A program made the translations under genes and the position numbers. The notes under the pieces were generated by a model that did no database searches, was not told the DNA's origin, and worked only from the letters and a program-made list of their open reading frames with translations. Shown in pieces: positions 29,358-39,020 of a stretch of DNA of 44,222 bases (within the stretch, counting starts at the first letter, position 1; each line of letters opens with the position of its first letter). The DNA lies in contig JBMFSK010000003.1 of NCBI GenBank assembly GCA_049967595.1, positions 1 to 44,222 of the forward strand, read 5' to 3'. This stretch comes from Thermoplasmata archaeon (GTDB lineage: Archaea; Thermoplasmatota; Thermoplasmata; Thermoplasmatales; ARK-15).

Positions 29358-31211
29358 ATGTTTGGAGTGTTTGGAAAAATCCTGAAAATAGATTTAAGCA
29401 CAGAGAAAATAGAAGAAATTGAAGTTGAAGAAAATATATACAGAAAATTCCTAGGCGGTTACGGTTTGGGAGTATGGTATATCTACAGGAACTTAAAACC
29501 TGGAATAGAACCACTCGGTCCTGAAAACATTCTTGGCTTTATTCCTGGAATGTTCAACAGCGTTAATGTACCTATGGCTGGAAGATTAATGGCTGCAACA
29601 AAATCTCCATTAACAGGAACTTGGAATGATTCAAATGTAGGTGGATTTATAGGTCCGGAGTTAAAAAGGACTGGATACGATGGTATCTTTATCCAAGGTA
29701 TTTCAAAAGAACCTGTTTACATACATATGGAAAATGAAGTAGAAATATTGGATGCAAAAGATTTATGGGGGAAAAGTGCACTTGAAACTGAAAATGTTTT
29801 AAGAAGTAAATATACCGGTTCTCAGGTACTATCCATAGGAAGACCAGGTGAAAATCTTTCTCTTATTTCTGCTATAATCACGGATAGGGGTAGGGCACTC
29901 GGGAGATCAGGCGTGGGTGCAGTAATGGGTTCAAAAAGATTGAAGGCAATAGTTGCAAAAGGTACAAAAAATGTTGAAATCTATGACAAAGAAAAGTTGA
30001 GAAAATTATCAAATGAAATGCTTGAAAGAATGAACCCTAATAAGAGTAAAAGTGCTATGTGGTGGCATAAATATGGCACAATAGGCGGAAATGAATTTTC
30101 ACACCTTTCTGGTGATACTCCCATAAAAAATTGGAAAGGAATAGGTACAATAGATTTTGGCACAGAAAAAGCAAAAGCTATAAGCGGTGAAAATATCATC
30201 AAGGACAATGTGAAAAGTTATGGCTGTGCTCAGTGCCCTGTCGCATGTGGTGCAATAATAAGAAGGGAAACAAGATTCGGTCCGGTTGAAGGCCACAGAC
30301 TTGAGTATGAGGGCGGGGGTATGCTTGGAGGATTATTGCTTAACAGCGACTTAGATTCAATTGTTTACAGTTTTGAACTCGCAAACAGGTATGGATACGA
30401 TGTAATATCTCTTGGTGAGGTAATTGCTTTTTCAATGGAACTTTATGAAAATGGAAAGATCAGAAAGGAAGATCTCGGGTTTGAATTAAAATGGGGTAAT
30501 GGTGAGGCGGTAGTAAAATTTATAGAAATGTTAAACAAAAACGAAGGTATTGCAAAAATATTGAATCAGGGAGTTATGAGAGCATCCAAAATGTTTAAAT
30601 CAGATGAATTTGCTGTTCATGTTCATGGCCAGGAACTACCAGCGCATGATCCTAAATATCTGCCTAGTTTGGCAACAACATATGTTGCTGATCCAACACC
30701 CGGAAGACATACAGCGGGAGGAATAGGTTTCTCAGAAGGTGGTTCAATAAAACCTAGATTTCAAGTAAATTATGAATTTCCAAAGTTTGAAAAATATTCT
30801 TATACTGGGAAAGGTCTAGCTCATGCTATAATCAGCAACCAAACACAGGTAGAAAATTCCCTTGGATTCTGTATATTTTCTGATACATTTTCTCCATTTC
30901 CATATGCGGATTTGACTAATGCATTAACAGGTTGGGACGTAACAAATGATGAATTAATGAAAATAGGTGAGAGAATTCAAGATTTAAGACATTTATTCAA
31001 CTTACGGGAAGGATTAAAGCCTAAGGATTTTGTTCTTCCAGAAAGGGCACAGGGTATACCCCCGCACAGTGATGGACCATTAAAAGGTATTACTATAGAT
31101 GTCGATTCTTTAGTGAATGAATATTATAGAGCAATGGAATGGGATATTGATACAGGTATGCCGAGCAATAAAAAAATCAAAGATCTGGATCTTCAAGAAT
31201 TTATTTTTTAA
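29358..31211 (+). CDS. aor: Tungsten-dependent aldehyde:ferredoxin oxidoreductase family protein
   Basis: KSPLTG, GRSGVGAVMGSKRLKA, CAQCPVAC, LEYE, HDPK, GFCIF. Confidence 0.92.
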   Translation: MFGVFGKILKIDLSTEKIEEIEVEENIYRKFLGGYGLGVWYIYRNLKPGIEPLGPENILGFIPGMFNSVNVPMAGRLMAATKSPLTGTWNDSNVGGFIGPELKRTGYDGIFIQGISKEPVYIHMENEVEILDAKDLWGKSALETENVLRSKYTGSQVLSIGRPGENLSLISAIITDRGRALGRSGVGAVMGSKRLKAIVAKGTKNVEIYDKEKLRKLSNEMLERMNPNKSKSAMWWHKYGTIGGNEFSHLSGDTPIKNWKGIGTIDFGTEKAKAISGENIIKDNVKSYGCAQCPVACGAIIRRETRFGPVEGHRLEYEGGGMLGGLLLNSDLDSIVYSFELANRYGYDVISLGEVIAFSMELYENGKIRKEDLGFELKWGNGEAVVKFIEMLNKNEGIAKILNQGVMRASKMFKSDEFAVHVHGQELPAHDPKYLPSLATTYVADPTPGRHTAGGIGFSEGGSIKPRFQVNYEFPKFEKYSYTGKGLAHAIISNQTQVENSLGFCIFSDTFSPFPYADLTNALTGWDVTNDELMKIGERIQDLRHLFNLREGLKPKDFVLPERAQGIPPHSDGPLKGITIDVDSLVNEYYRAMEWDIDTGMPSNKKIKDLDLQEFIF

Positions 31212-31333
31212 ATTTTTCTTAAAAATTAAAATTAAGTTTTTGTAAAATTTTTTTAAGTAAAAAATATTCTAAATATGTTTACATAAAAGAAAAAAACTTA
31301 TTAGTTATTATTCTATCACTAATCGGTGAGAAA

Positions 31334-32467
31334 GTGATTCTAAAGGAGGATTACCAGCTAATTCGAAATCTTGCTAGAAATTTTGCAGAAAAATATATTG
31401 TACCATTAAACAGAACTATTGAAGAAAAAACTATTCCGAGGACTCTTTACGATGAGTTAGGAAAGATAGGCTTTACGGGAGTAATAATACCCCAAGAATA
31501 TGGCGGTTCAGGTTTTGATACATTAAGTTATGTAATAATTCTTGAGGAACTGGCAAGAATATCCCCCTCTGTATCAGTAGCAATGGACGTACAGAATGGT
31601 CTTGTTGAATACCCTATCTATACATGGGGCTCTGAGAATCTTAAAAGAAAATATTTACCAAAACTCTGTTCAGGTGAGTATATTGGAGGCTATGCATTGA
31701 CTGAACCCCAGGCAGGCTCTGACGCAGCCAATGTTCAACTTAAAGCGGAAAAGCATGGTGATGAATATATCCTTAACGGTAGTAAATTTTTTATTACAAA
31801 TGCGAACCATGCAAGTGTCTTTATCGTATTTGCAAGAACATCAACCGAAAAGAAAAGGCATGAAGGGATCACAGCATTTGTTGTTGAAAAGAATAAAGCC
31901 GGATTTAAGATTGGTGAGGACTATAAAAAATTAGGTGTGAGAGGATCAAGCACTGCTGAGCTAGTATTTGAAAATGTTATCGTCCAGGAGGAGAATATGC
32001 TAGGTGAATTAGGGAAGGGCTTCTACATTGCAATGAATACGCTAAATATGGGAAGAATAGGTATAGGTGCTCAGGCTTTGGGTATTGCTCAGGCATCTGT
32101 AGATAAGAGCATCGATTATATGAAACAGCGTGAGGCATTTGGGGAAAAAATTGCTGAATTTCAGGGTCTCCAATTCACTCTTTCTGAGATAGTAACACAA
32201 CTAGAGGCTGCAAGGTTTTTAGTTTATGATGCTGCAATGCGTGCAGATAATAACCTTCCATTGATAAAAGAGGCAAGCATGGCAAAGTATTATTCTAGCA
32301 AGGTAGCTATGGACGCTTCCAGGTTTGCGGTTCAGGTTCACGGTGGCTATGGCTTCATAGAGGATTTTGATGTTGAAAGATACTATAGGGATGCTAAAAT
32401 TACAGAAATATACGAAGGCACTTCTGAAATACAGAAGCTTGTAATTGCTAGGGAGCTTCTGAAGTGA
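31334..32467 (+). CDS. Short-chain (butyryl/isobutyryl-type) acyl-CoA dehydrogenase
   Basis: Complete motif set: ALTEPQAGSD, KFFITN, REAFG, QVHGGYG, RDAKITEIYEGTSEIQ. Confidence 0.93.
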   Translation: MILKEDYQLIRNLARNFAEKYIVPLNRTIEEKTIPRTLYDELGKIGFTGVIIPQEYGGSGFDTLSYVIILEELARISPSVSVAMDVQNGLVEYPIYTWGSENLKRKYLPKLCSGEYIGGYALTEPQAGSDAANVQLKAEKHGDEYILNGSKFFITNANHASVFIVFARTSTEKKRHEGITAFVVEKNKAGFKIGEDYKKLGVRGSSTAELVFENVIVQEENMLGELGKGFYIAMNTLNMGRIGIGAQALGIAQASVDKSIDYMKQREAFGEKIAEFQGLQFTLSEIVTQLEAARFLVYDAAMRADNNLPLIKEASMAKYYSSKVAMDASRFAVQVHGGYGFIEDFDVERYYRDAKITEIYEGTSEIQKLVIARELLK

Positions 32468-32472
32468 TATTT

Positions 32473-32871
32473 ATGAGAAAAATAAGAATTTTAATAGCAA
32501 AACCAGGATTGGATGGTCATGATAGGGGTGCAAAGGTTCTAGCAAGATCCCTAATGGATGAAGGTTTTGAGGTGATATATACTGGAATACATCAGACTGC
32601 TGAGGACATAGTTAGGACAGCTATTGAAGAAGATGTTGATGTAATCGGATTGAGTGTTCTTTCAGGAGCACACATGTATCATTTCAGAAGGGTGCTTGAG
32701 CTTATGAAAGATGAAGGCATAAATGATGTTTTGTTAATAGGCGGAGGTATAGTTCCAGAAGAGGATAAAAATGTACTTTTAAAATTGGGTGTAGATGCTA
32801 TATTCAATCCTGGAACAAGCATTCAAGAAATATCTGATTTCATTAGAAAGAATCTAAGGAGACCTTTATGA
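32473..32871 (+). CDS. Acyl-CoA mutase small subunit (B12-binding domain)
   Basis: KPGLDGHDRG (DxHxxG), GLSVLSGAH, GGG. Confidence 0.95.
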   Translation: MRKIRILIAKPGLDGHDRGAKVLARSLMDEGFEVIYTGIHQTAEDIVRTAIEEDVDVIGLSVLSGAHMYHFRRVLELMKDEGINDVLLIGGGIVPEEDKNVLLKLGVDAIFNPGTSIQEISDFIRKNLRRPL

Positions 32872-33791
32872 ATTTGAAAGAAATGTTACTTGATAAGAAA
32901 GAAATGTCAAAAATCATGACTAAGATAGAGAATGGTGACGAAGATCTTTCATCAGAGATTTTAAAACATATTAAGGATGCAAGGATCATAGGTGTTACAG
33001 GTGTTCCAGGTAGCGGAAAATCCACGCTGATTGCAAAATTATCTTCAAGATTATTGGAAATAAACCATAAGGTAGGTATATTAGGAATAGATCCATCGAG
33101 CCCATTCAGCGGTGGAGCAGTCTTGGGAGATAGGGTAAGGATGAAGGAACTGAATAAATACGAGAATGTTTTCATAAGGAGCATCTCTACCCGTGGAAAG
33201 ATTGGGGGACTTAGCTATTATACTACAGATTTTGTTAATGTTCTTGATGCTGCTGGTTATGATACCATATTCATAGAAACTGTAGGGACTGGGCAGGATG
33301 AGGTAGATGTTTTCAACATTGCACACACTATTCTTGTTTTACAGGTACCTACTCTTGGTGATGAAGTCCAGGTAATAAAAGCGGGTCAGCTTGAAATTGG
33401 GGATATTTATGTGGTGAACAAGGCTGATCAGGGCCCAGCAGATGAAAAAATAAAAGAATTGAATCTCATACTTAAAAAGAGGGAGAACGGTTGGCAGCCA
33501 AAAGTAATTAAGAGTATAGCAGTAAGAAGCATAGGCATAGATGAAATCATTCAGTCCATAGATGAACACTGGCAATTTGTAAAATCTTCGGGGCTGCTAG
33601 AAAAGAAAATAAATCTAAGAATTAAATATCTTCTTAAGCAGCACGCAATGGAAAAACTTGACAGGATCATGGAATCTGAAGTCATTGATTCATATGCTGA
33701 TGAAATAATAAAAGGTAAAAATATGCGTGAAATTGTTAAGGAAATAATTACAAAGGTAGGTGTTGAATATGGAAAAGGAGGAAATGTATAA
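32868..33791 (+). CDS. meaB: MeaB/ArgK GTPase chaperone of B12 mutase
   Basis: [38 protein letters not shown]. Confidence 0.95.
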   Translation: MNLKEMLLDKKEMSKIMTKIENGDEDLSSEILKHIKDARIIGVTGVPGSGKSTLIAKLSSRLLEINHKVGILGIDPSSPFSGGAVLGDRVRMKELNKYENVFIRSISTRGKIGGLSYYTTDFVNVLDAAGYDTIFIETVGTGQDEVDVFNIAHTILVLQVPTLGDEVQVIKAGQLEIGDIYVVNKADQGPADEKIKELNLILKKRENGWQPKVIKSIAVRSIGIDEIIQSIDEHWQFVKSSGLLEKKINLRIKYLLKQHAMEKLDRIMESEVIDSYADEIIKGKNMREIVKEIITKVGVEYGKGGNV

Positions 33792-35430
33792 AAAAAAGCT
33801 GGAGGAATGGAAAAAGATATACAGGAAATCATTAGAAACTATGCCTGAAAAGGGGGAATTCAGAACATTATCAGGTATAGATTTGAATACGTTTTATTCA
33901 CCTCTTGAACTTAAAAATTTTGATTATTTAGAAGATCTTGGCAATCCTGGTCAGTTTCCCTTTACAAGGGGGATACATCCTACTATGTACAGGTCAAGGC
34001 TATGGACATTCAGGGAATTTTCAGGCTTCGGTGATGCCATAGAGACCAATAGAAGGTTAAAATACCTTATAGAACATGGTGAAACTGGTCTCAGCATAGC
34101 CTTTGACTACCCAACACTTCTGGGTTTTGATTCTGATGATCCACTTACTAAAGGTGAATTTGGTAAAGCAGGTGTTGCAATAAACACTTTAGAGGATATG
34201 CAGTTAATGTTTAAGGATATTCAATTAAGGGATATTTCAACATCAATGACAATAAATGGTCCTGCTGCAATTCTTTGGGCTCTTTACATTCTTGCCGGTG
34301 AATCACAGGGTGCAAAAAGAAGTGTATTGAGGGGGACTATACAAAATGATATTCTTAAAGAATATATGGCACAGAAATCTTTCATATTTCCTCCTGAACC
34401 ATCTTTAAAGCTTGTAATAGACACCATAGAATTTGGATCTCGGGAACTACCGCTTTGGAATCCTATAAGTATAAGTGGATACCACATAAGGGAAGCAGGT
34501 GCAACTGCAGTACAGGAACTTGCATTTACGCTTGCCAACGGCCTTACTTATGTGGAAAAATCCGTTGAAAGGGGTCTGGACGTTGATGATTTTGCTCCTC
34601 GGTTAAGCTTTTTTTTTGATGCACACATAGATTTCTTTGAGGAGATTGCAAAATTCAGGGCTGCCAGACGCATATGGGCAAAAGAGATGAAAAAAAGGTT
34701 CAACCCTAAAAAGGAAAGGTCCCTGTGGTTGAGATTTCATACACAAACTGCTGGCGTGAGTCTAACCGCACAGCAACCAGAAAACAATATAGTAAGAACA
34801 GCAATAGAGGCTATGGCTGCCGTTTTAGGAGGAACGCAAAGTCTGCACACAAACAGTATGGATGAAGCCTGGGCCTTACCAACGGAAAAAGCAGTTATGA
34901 TAGCACTAAGGACACAGCAAATCATTGCAGAAGAATCAGGCATACCAAATGTAGTAGATCCATTGGGAGGAAGCTATTACATAGAATGGCTAACGGACAA
35001 GATTGAAGATGAAGTATACAAATATTTTGACAGAATAGAAGAGATGGGAGGTGTAATTAAGGGTATTAGATCAGGATTTTTCCAGAGGGAGATCGCAGAA
35101 TCCGCATATAAATTCCAGAAAGATCTTGAAGAGAATAAAAGGATTCTTGTTGGAGTGAATAAATATAAAATAGATGAAAAGCTGGAAATACCAATATTAA
35201 GAATTCCTGATGAACTGGAAGAAAGGCATTTGCAAAGATTAAAAAATTATAAATCAAGCAGGGACTCAGGAAAGGTGAATGAGGCACTTAGAAATATGCA
35301 GAATAATGCTGATGAAAAGAATTTAATGCCATATTTAATTGATGCAATAAAGGCAAAAGCTACATTAGGTGAAATAGTAAGTGCGCTCAAGGATGTATGG
35401 GGGGAATATATAGAACCGGTGATATACTGA
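33769..35430 (+). CDS. Acyl-CoA mutase large subunit, isobutyryl-CoA mutase-like
   Basis: FPFTRG, QNDILKE, ISGYHIREAG, RFHTQT, SLHTNS; Phe in WTFREFSGF and Gln in KEYMAQ at the specificity positions. Confidence 0.9.
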   Translation: MEKEEMYKKKLEEWKKIYRKSLETMPEKGEFRTLSGIDLNTFYSPLELKNFDYLEDLGNPGQFPFTRGIHPTMYRSRLWTFREFSGFGDAIETNRRLKYLIEHGETGLSIAFDYPTLLGFDSDDPLTKGEFGKAGVAINTLEDMQLMFKDIQLRDISTSMTINGPAAILWALYILAGESQGAKRSVLRGTIQNDILKEYMAQKSFIFPPEPSLKLVIDTIEFGSRELPLWNPISISGYHIREAGATAVQELAFTLANGLTYVEKSVERGLDVDDFAPRLSFFFDAHIDFFEEIAKFRAARRIWAKEMKKRFNPKKERSLWLRFHTQTAGVSLTAQQPENNIVRTAIEAMAAVLGGTQSLHTNSMDEAWALPTEKAVMIALRTQQIIAEESGIPNVVDPLGGSYYIEWLTDKIEDEVYKYFDRIEEMGGVIKGIRSGFFQREIAESAYKFQKDLEENKRILVGVNKYKIDEKLEIPILRIPDELEERHLQRLKNYKSSRDSGKVNEALRNMQNNADEKNLMPYLIDAIKAKATLGEIVSALKDVWGEYIEPVIY

Positions 35431-36003
35431 ATGAGATTAAAACAAGGTCTTATTGAGATATATACTGGCAATGGTAAAGGTAAAACAACAGCAGCAATTG
35501 GTCTTGCTATCAGGGCCTCTGGTTACGGCCTAAATGTTTACATAATTCACTTCATGAAATCTAAAAAATATGGAGAATCAAGATCAATTAAAAAATTTGA
35601 AAACATTAAAGAGATATATCTTGGTAAGCCATATTTCATTACAAAGGATCCTAAAATAAAGGAAAATTTTAAGGATGTTGTAGTCTTCGAACCCGGGCAT
35701 CCACCGGATGATTACAGGGAATTAATAAAAAAAGGCATTGAAAAAGTGAAAAAAATATTAAGATCTGGAAAATATGATATAATAATTTTAGATGAAATCA
35801 TAACAGCAAATTATTTTGATTTAATATCTATTGAGGAGATTAAATCCATAATAAAAGAAAAGCCAAGCAATGTTGAAATTGTATTGACGGGTAGATATGC
35901 GTCAAAGGAATTAATTGATCTGGCAGATTTAGTTACTGATATGCAGGAAATAAAGCACCCTTACCAAAAGGGTATTCTTGCTAGGAGAGGTATTGAATAT
36001 TAA
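35431..36003 (+). CDS. cobA: Cob(I)alamin adenosyltransferase (CobA/BtuR type)
   Basis: YTGNGKGKTTAAIG, ILDE, LTGR, KHPY..GI.ARRGIEY. Confidence 0.93.
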   Translation: MRLKQGLIEIYTGNGKGKTTAAIGLAIRASGYGLNVYIIHFMKSKKYGESRSIKKFENIKEIYLGKPYFITKDPKIKENFKDVVVFEPGHPPDDYRELIKKGIEKVKKILRSGKYDIIILDEIITANYFDLISIEEIKSIIKEKPSNVEIVLTGRYASKELIDLADLVTDMQEIKHPYQKGILARRGIEY

Positions 36004-36086
36004 AAAATTTCCAATGTTACATCTAAAAAGTCAATTACAAAAAATTCAAATATCATTTTAATCATGGCTTTAATAGGTGGTTTCAC

Positions 36087-36590
36087 ATGAGAAAGATGAC
36101 AGAGAAAAATTTAAGTGATGCTTTTGCTGGGGAGAGCCAGGCACATATGAGATATCTTATTTTCAGTGATGTGGCTGAAAAGGCCGGATATAAAAATGTA
36201 GCCAGATTATTTAGAGCAATTTCTTTTGCAGAACAGGTTCATGCTACAAATCATTACAGAACACTAGGTATGGTAAAGGATACAGAAAACAACCTGCAGG
36301 TTGCTATTGATGGTGAAACATACGAAGTTGAAGAGATGTATCCAGTATTCAACGAGGTGGCAAAATTCCAGGGAGAAAAAGGTGCTGAACAATCAACGCA
36401 CTTTGCTCTTGAGGCAGAGAAGATTCATGCAGAATTATATAAAAAAGCGAAGGAAAGTGTTAAAAATAAAAAGGATCTTGATATAAGTGATATATACATA
36501 TGTACGGTATGTGGCTATACTGCAGTTGGAAAAGTCCCAGAAAAGTGCCCTGTTTGCGGTGCACCTGCATCAGCATTTAGGAGGTTCTAG
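36087..36590 (+). CDS. rbr: Rubrerythrin
   Basis: AFAGESQA, EQVHA, GETYE, EKIH; C-terminal CTVCG..CPVCG. Confidence 0.95.
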   Translation: MRKMTEKNLSDAFAGESQAHMRYLIFSDVAEKAGYKNVARLFRAISFAEQVHATNHYRTLGMVKDTENNLQVAIDGETYEVEEMYPVFNEVAKFQGEKGAEQSTHFALEAEKIHAELYKKAKESVKNKKDLDISDIYICTVCGYTAVGKVPEKCPVCGAPASAFRRF

Positions 36591-36592
36591 AC

Positions 36593-37057
36593 ATGGGCAA
36601 GAAAGGTAAGGAAATTGTTGAAATAAACATCGGAGAAATTCTTAATGACTTGAACAAGGTATATGCTGACCAGTGGTTGGGCATTTACATGTTCTGGTAC
36701 GCATCTAAAAACCTGAAGGATCAGACTAATGCAAAGAAAATTTTTGAAAAAATATATAACAGAGGGATGGAGCATGCAGAAAAGATGGCTTTCAGGATCA
36801 GGACACTAGGGGGAACACCTATATTCAACACTTCTGAAATGGTAAGACTCGGAAATTGCAGGTATCCAGATTCAATTAACTTATCAAACCTTGGTGAAGC
36901 TGTTGAAACTTTGCTAAATTATAAAAGATGCTTGATAGAAGTATACAACAGAATTATAAAGAAAACTCATGGCAAAGATTTTGTCACCTATTCCATGGTT
37001 GAGAGCATTATACTTGATGAGGTAGAAGATGAGGAGGAGCTTGAATCATTACTCTAA
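36593..37057 (+). CDS. DPS-like / bacterioferritin-related ferritin-fold protein (ferroxidase ligands degenerate)
   Basis: MGKKGKEIV..ADQWL..RIRTLGGTP..C.Y..RC.I..Y..T.GKD..T..I..DE pattern of the DpsL family. Confidence 0.75.
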   Translation: MGKKGKEIVEINIGEILNDLNKVYADQWLGIYMFWYASKNLKDQTNAKKIFEKIYNRGMEHAEKMAFRIRTLGGTPIFNTSEMVRLGNCRYPDSINLSNLGEAVETLLNYKRCLIEVYNRIIKKTHGKDFVTYSMVESIILDEVEDEEELESLL

Positions 37058-37070
37058 GAGGTGAATAAAA

Positions 37071-37436
37071 ATGAAAAGATTTGGAGATATGGTATATACA
37101 GGTGAAAAAGAGGGAAAGGAAAAACATGTGCCAGTAATAGAGGCACCGAAGAAGGTGAAGGCAGGTCAGTGGTTTACTGTAACAGTCACTGTGGGCAAGG
37201 ATGTGCCTCATCCCAATCTGGTAGAACATCATATAAAATGGATACAGATATATGCACAGGTAGATGGCAGGCCCTACAACCCTGTTCATGTTGCCACATT
37301 TGACTTTGGACCTACATTTGCGGATCCCAGCGTAACATTCAGGATGAAACTTGACAAGAAAACAACGGTATATGCACTTGGTTATTGCAATGTTCATGGT
37401 GTGTGGGAGAACTCTGTTGAAATAGAGGTAGAATAA
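37071..37436 (+). CDS. sor: Superoxide reductase (neelaredoxin / class II SOR-like)
   Basis: EKHVP, HPNLVEHHIKWI, CNVHG. Confidence 0.92.
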   Translation: MKRFGDMVYTGEKEGKEKHVPVIEAPKKVKAGQWFTVTVTVGKDVPHPNLVEHHIKWIQIYAQVDGRPYNPVHVATFDFGPTFADPSVTFRMKLDKKTTVYALGYCNVHGVWENSVEIEVE

Positions 37437-37459
37437 ATCTTTTTATTTTTTTGATTTTT

Positions 37460-37900
37460 ATGAAGTTTGAAGAATTATTAAAAAAGGCTATTGATGTTGA
37501 AGAAGAGTCCTATAAATTTTACAAGGAAGCAGAAAAGCTAGCAAGGTATCCCAATGTATTAGAAATACTAGAATTGCTTGCAAACGAAGAACTTTCTCAT
37601 AAGAAATTGCTAGAAAACATTGAAAAAGGCAATGAAATAAAAACGGAAGAATATCTTGACCTTAAGCTGAGTGATCATTTAATTCCTAGTGAAAAAATAA
37701 ATGAAAATTCTACATTGCAAGAAGTGATCAGAGTTGCAATGTCCAGAGAAAAAAGCGAATACGAATTCTATATGAAATTAATTAAGGATGTTTCTAACAA
37801 AAATATTCAGGATACAATAAATTTCATAGCTAAGCAGGAACTTAACCACAAAGCAAAGCTTGAAAATATTTATGAAGAATTATTTTACAAGGAATTCTGA
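37460..37900 (+). CDS. Ferritin-like rubrerythrin-family di-iron protein (no rubredoxin domain)
   Basis: AIDVEE..FY..EELSH and AMSREK..FY..QELNH repeats. Confidence 0.85.
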   Translation: MKFEELLKKAIDVEEESYKFYKEAEKLARYPNVLEILELLANEELSHKKLLENIEKGNEIKTEEYLDLKLSDHLIPSEKINENSTLQEVIRVAMSREKSEYEFYMKLIKDVSNKNIQDTINFIAKQELNHKAKLENIYEELFYKEF

Positions 37901-37902
37901 TT

Positions 37903-38439
37903 ATGCTTAAGGAAATTGAGATAAGAAGAAGTGCCAGAGCATTTTCAAGCCGACCAGTTGAAGAATATAAAATAAAGGAAATTCTTGAGGCTGGTAGATG
38001 GGCTCCGTCCTGCTTCAACAGCCAGCCATGGCATTTTATTGTTCTAAAGGGTGAAGAAACAAAAAAAATCCATGGTGCTTTAAACAAGGGAAATTACTGG
38101 GCCAAAAATGCATACCTAATAATTGCCATAGTAGGAAAGAAAGATGCGGATTGCATAAGCGATGGCAGAGAATATTACCTGTTTGATTCTGGGCTAGCTG
38201 TCGAAAATATTCTTCTGGAAAGTTATTATCAGGGCCTGGTTGGGCATTCCATACTGGGCTTTAACGAAGAATTTGTTAAGAAGAGTTTATCAATACCTGA
38301 TGATCTGAGGATAATTGTGTTGGTAATACTTGGTTATCCAGAAGATCTTGAAAAAGTGGATGATCAAGTAAGAAATAGCGAAGTGTCTCCCAGAACAAGA
38401 AAAAATATTGAAGAAATAGTTCATTGGGGTGGTTGGTAA
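37903..38439 (+). CDS. Nitroreductase family protein
   Basis: RRSARAF, APSCFNSQPW, DSG.AVEN, LGYP. Confidence 0.92.
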   Translation: MLKEIEIRRSARAFSSRPVEEYKIKEILEAGRWAPSCFNSQPWHFIVLKGEETKKIHGALNKGNYWAKNAYLIIAIVGKKDADCISDGREYYLFDSGLAVENILLESYYQGLVGHSILGFNEEFVKKSLSIPDDLRIIVLVILGYPEDLEKVDDQVRNSEVSPRTRKNIEEIVHWGGW

Positions 38440-38858
38440 TGTTAAATGAGAATGAAGATGTAAGTTTTTTAGATGATATTTTGCCAGGACATAAGGGTAA
38501 ATGGATAGTGCTTTATTTCTATCCTAAAGATTTTACCTCAGGGTGCACTAAAGAGGCATGTGCATTTAGAGATAACTATGAAACTATAAAGAAAGAGGGT
38601 TTTGATATCGTCGGTGTAAGCGTTGATTCTGATGAGTCACATAAGAAATTCAGAGAAAAGTACAATCTCCCTTTTAATCTGGTAAGCGATTCAGATAAAG
38701 AATTAATAAAAAAATTTGGTGTTGAGAATATGGGGAAAGCAAGGAGGACCACCTTTATCATAGATCCTGAAAGAAAGATAAGAAAAGTATGGGGAAGGGT
38801 AAAGGTGGATAATCACGCTGAAGAAGTTTTAAAAGCAATTATGGAGGTGAAAAAATGA
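38439..38858 (+). CDS. bcp: Peroxiredoxin, BCP/PrxQ type
   Basis: [16 protein letters not shown] (CxxxxC), RRTTFIID; ATG 38439 overlaps the nitroreductase stop. Confidence 0.93.
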   Translation: MLNENEDVSFLDDILPGHKGKWIVLYFYPKDFTSGCTKEACAFRDNYETIKKEGFDIVGVSVDSDESHKKFREKYNLPFNLVSDSDKELIKKFGVENMGKARRTTFIIDPERKIRKVWGRVKVDNHAEEVLKAIMEVKK

Positions 38859-39016
38859 GTAATAAATATCAATGCACAGTATGTGGATACATTTACGACC
38901 CGGACCAGGGTGATTCCTCAAGGAACATACCACCTGGAACGGAATTTGATGATTTACCAGATGATTGGACCTGCCCTGTTTGCGGTGCTGCCAAGGACAT
39001 GTTTACGAAGGTGTAA
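38855..39016 (+). CDS. rub: Rubredoxin (53 aa; absent from ORF track)
   Basis: Own translation: [53 protein letters not shown]; GGAGGTGA SD; ATGA overlap with bcp. Confidence 0.97.
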   Translation: MSNKYQCTVCGYIYDPDQGDSSRNIPPGTEFDDLPDDWTCPVCGAAKDMFTKV

Positions 39017-39020
39017 AAAA

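Noticed and set aside
33769-35430. Methylmalonyl-CoA mutase call
   Set aside because: The carboxylate-binding Tyr and Arg are replaced by Phe and Gln, and there is no epimerase in the operon.
38883-39020. N-terminal extension of OFOR alpha in the ORF track
   Set aside because: It is an alternate frame over the rubredoxin gene; OFOR homology starts at ATG 39021.
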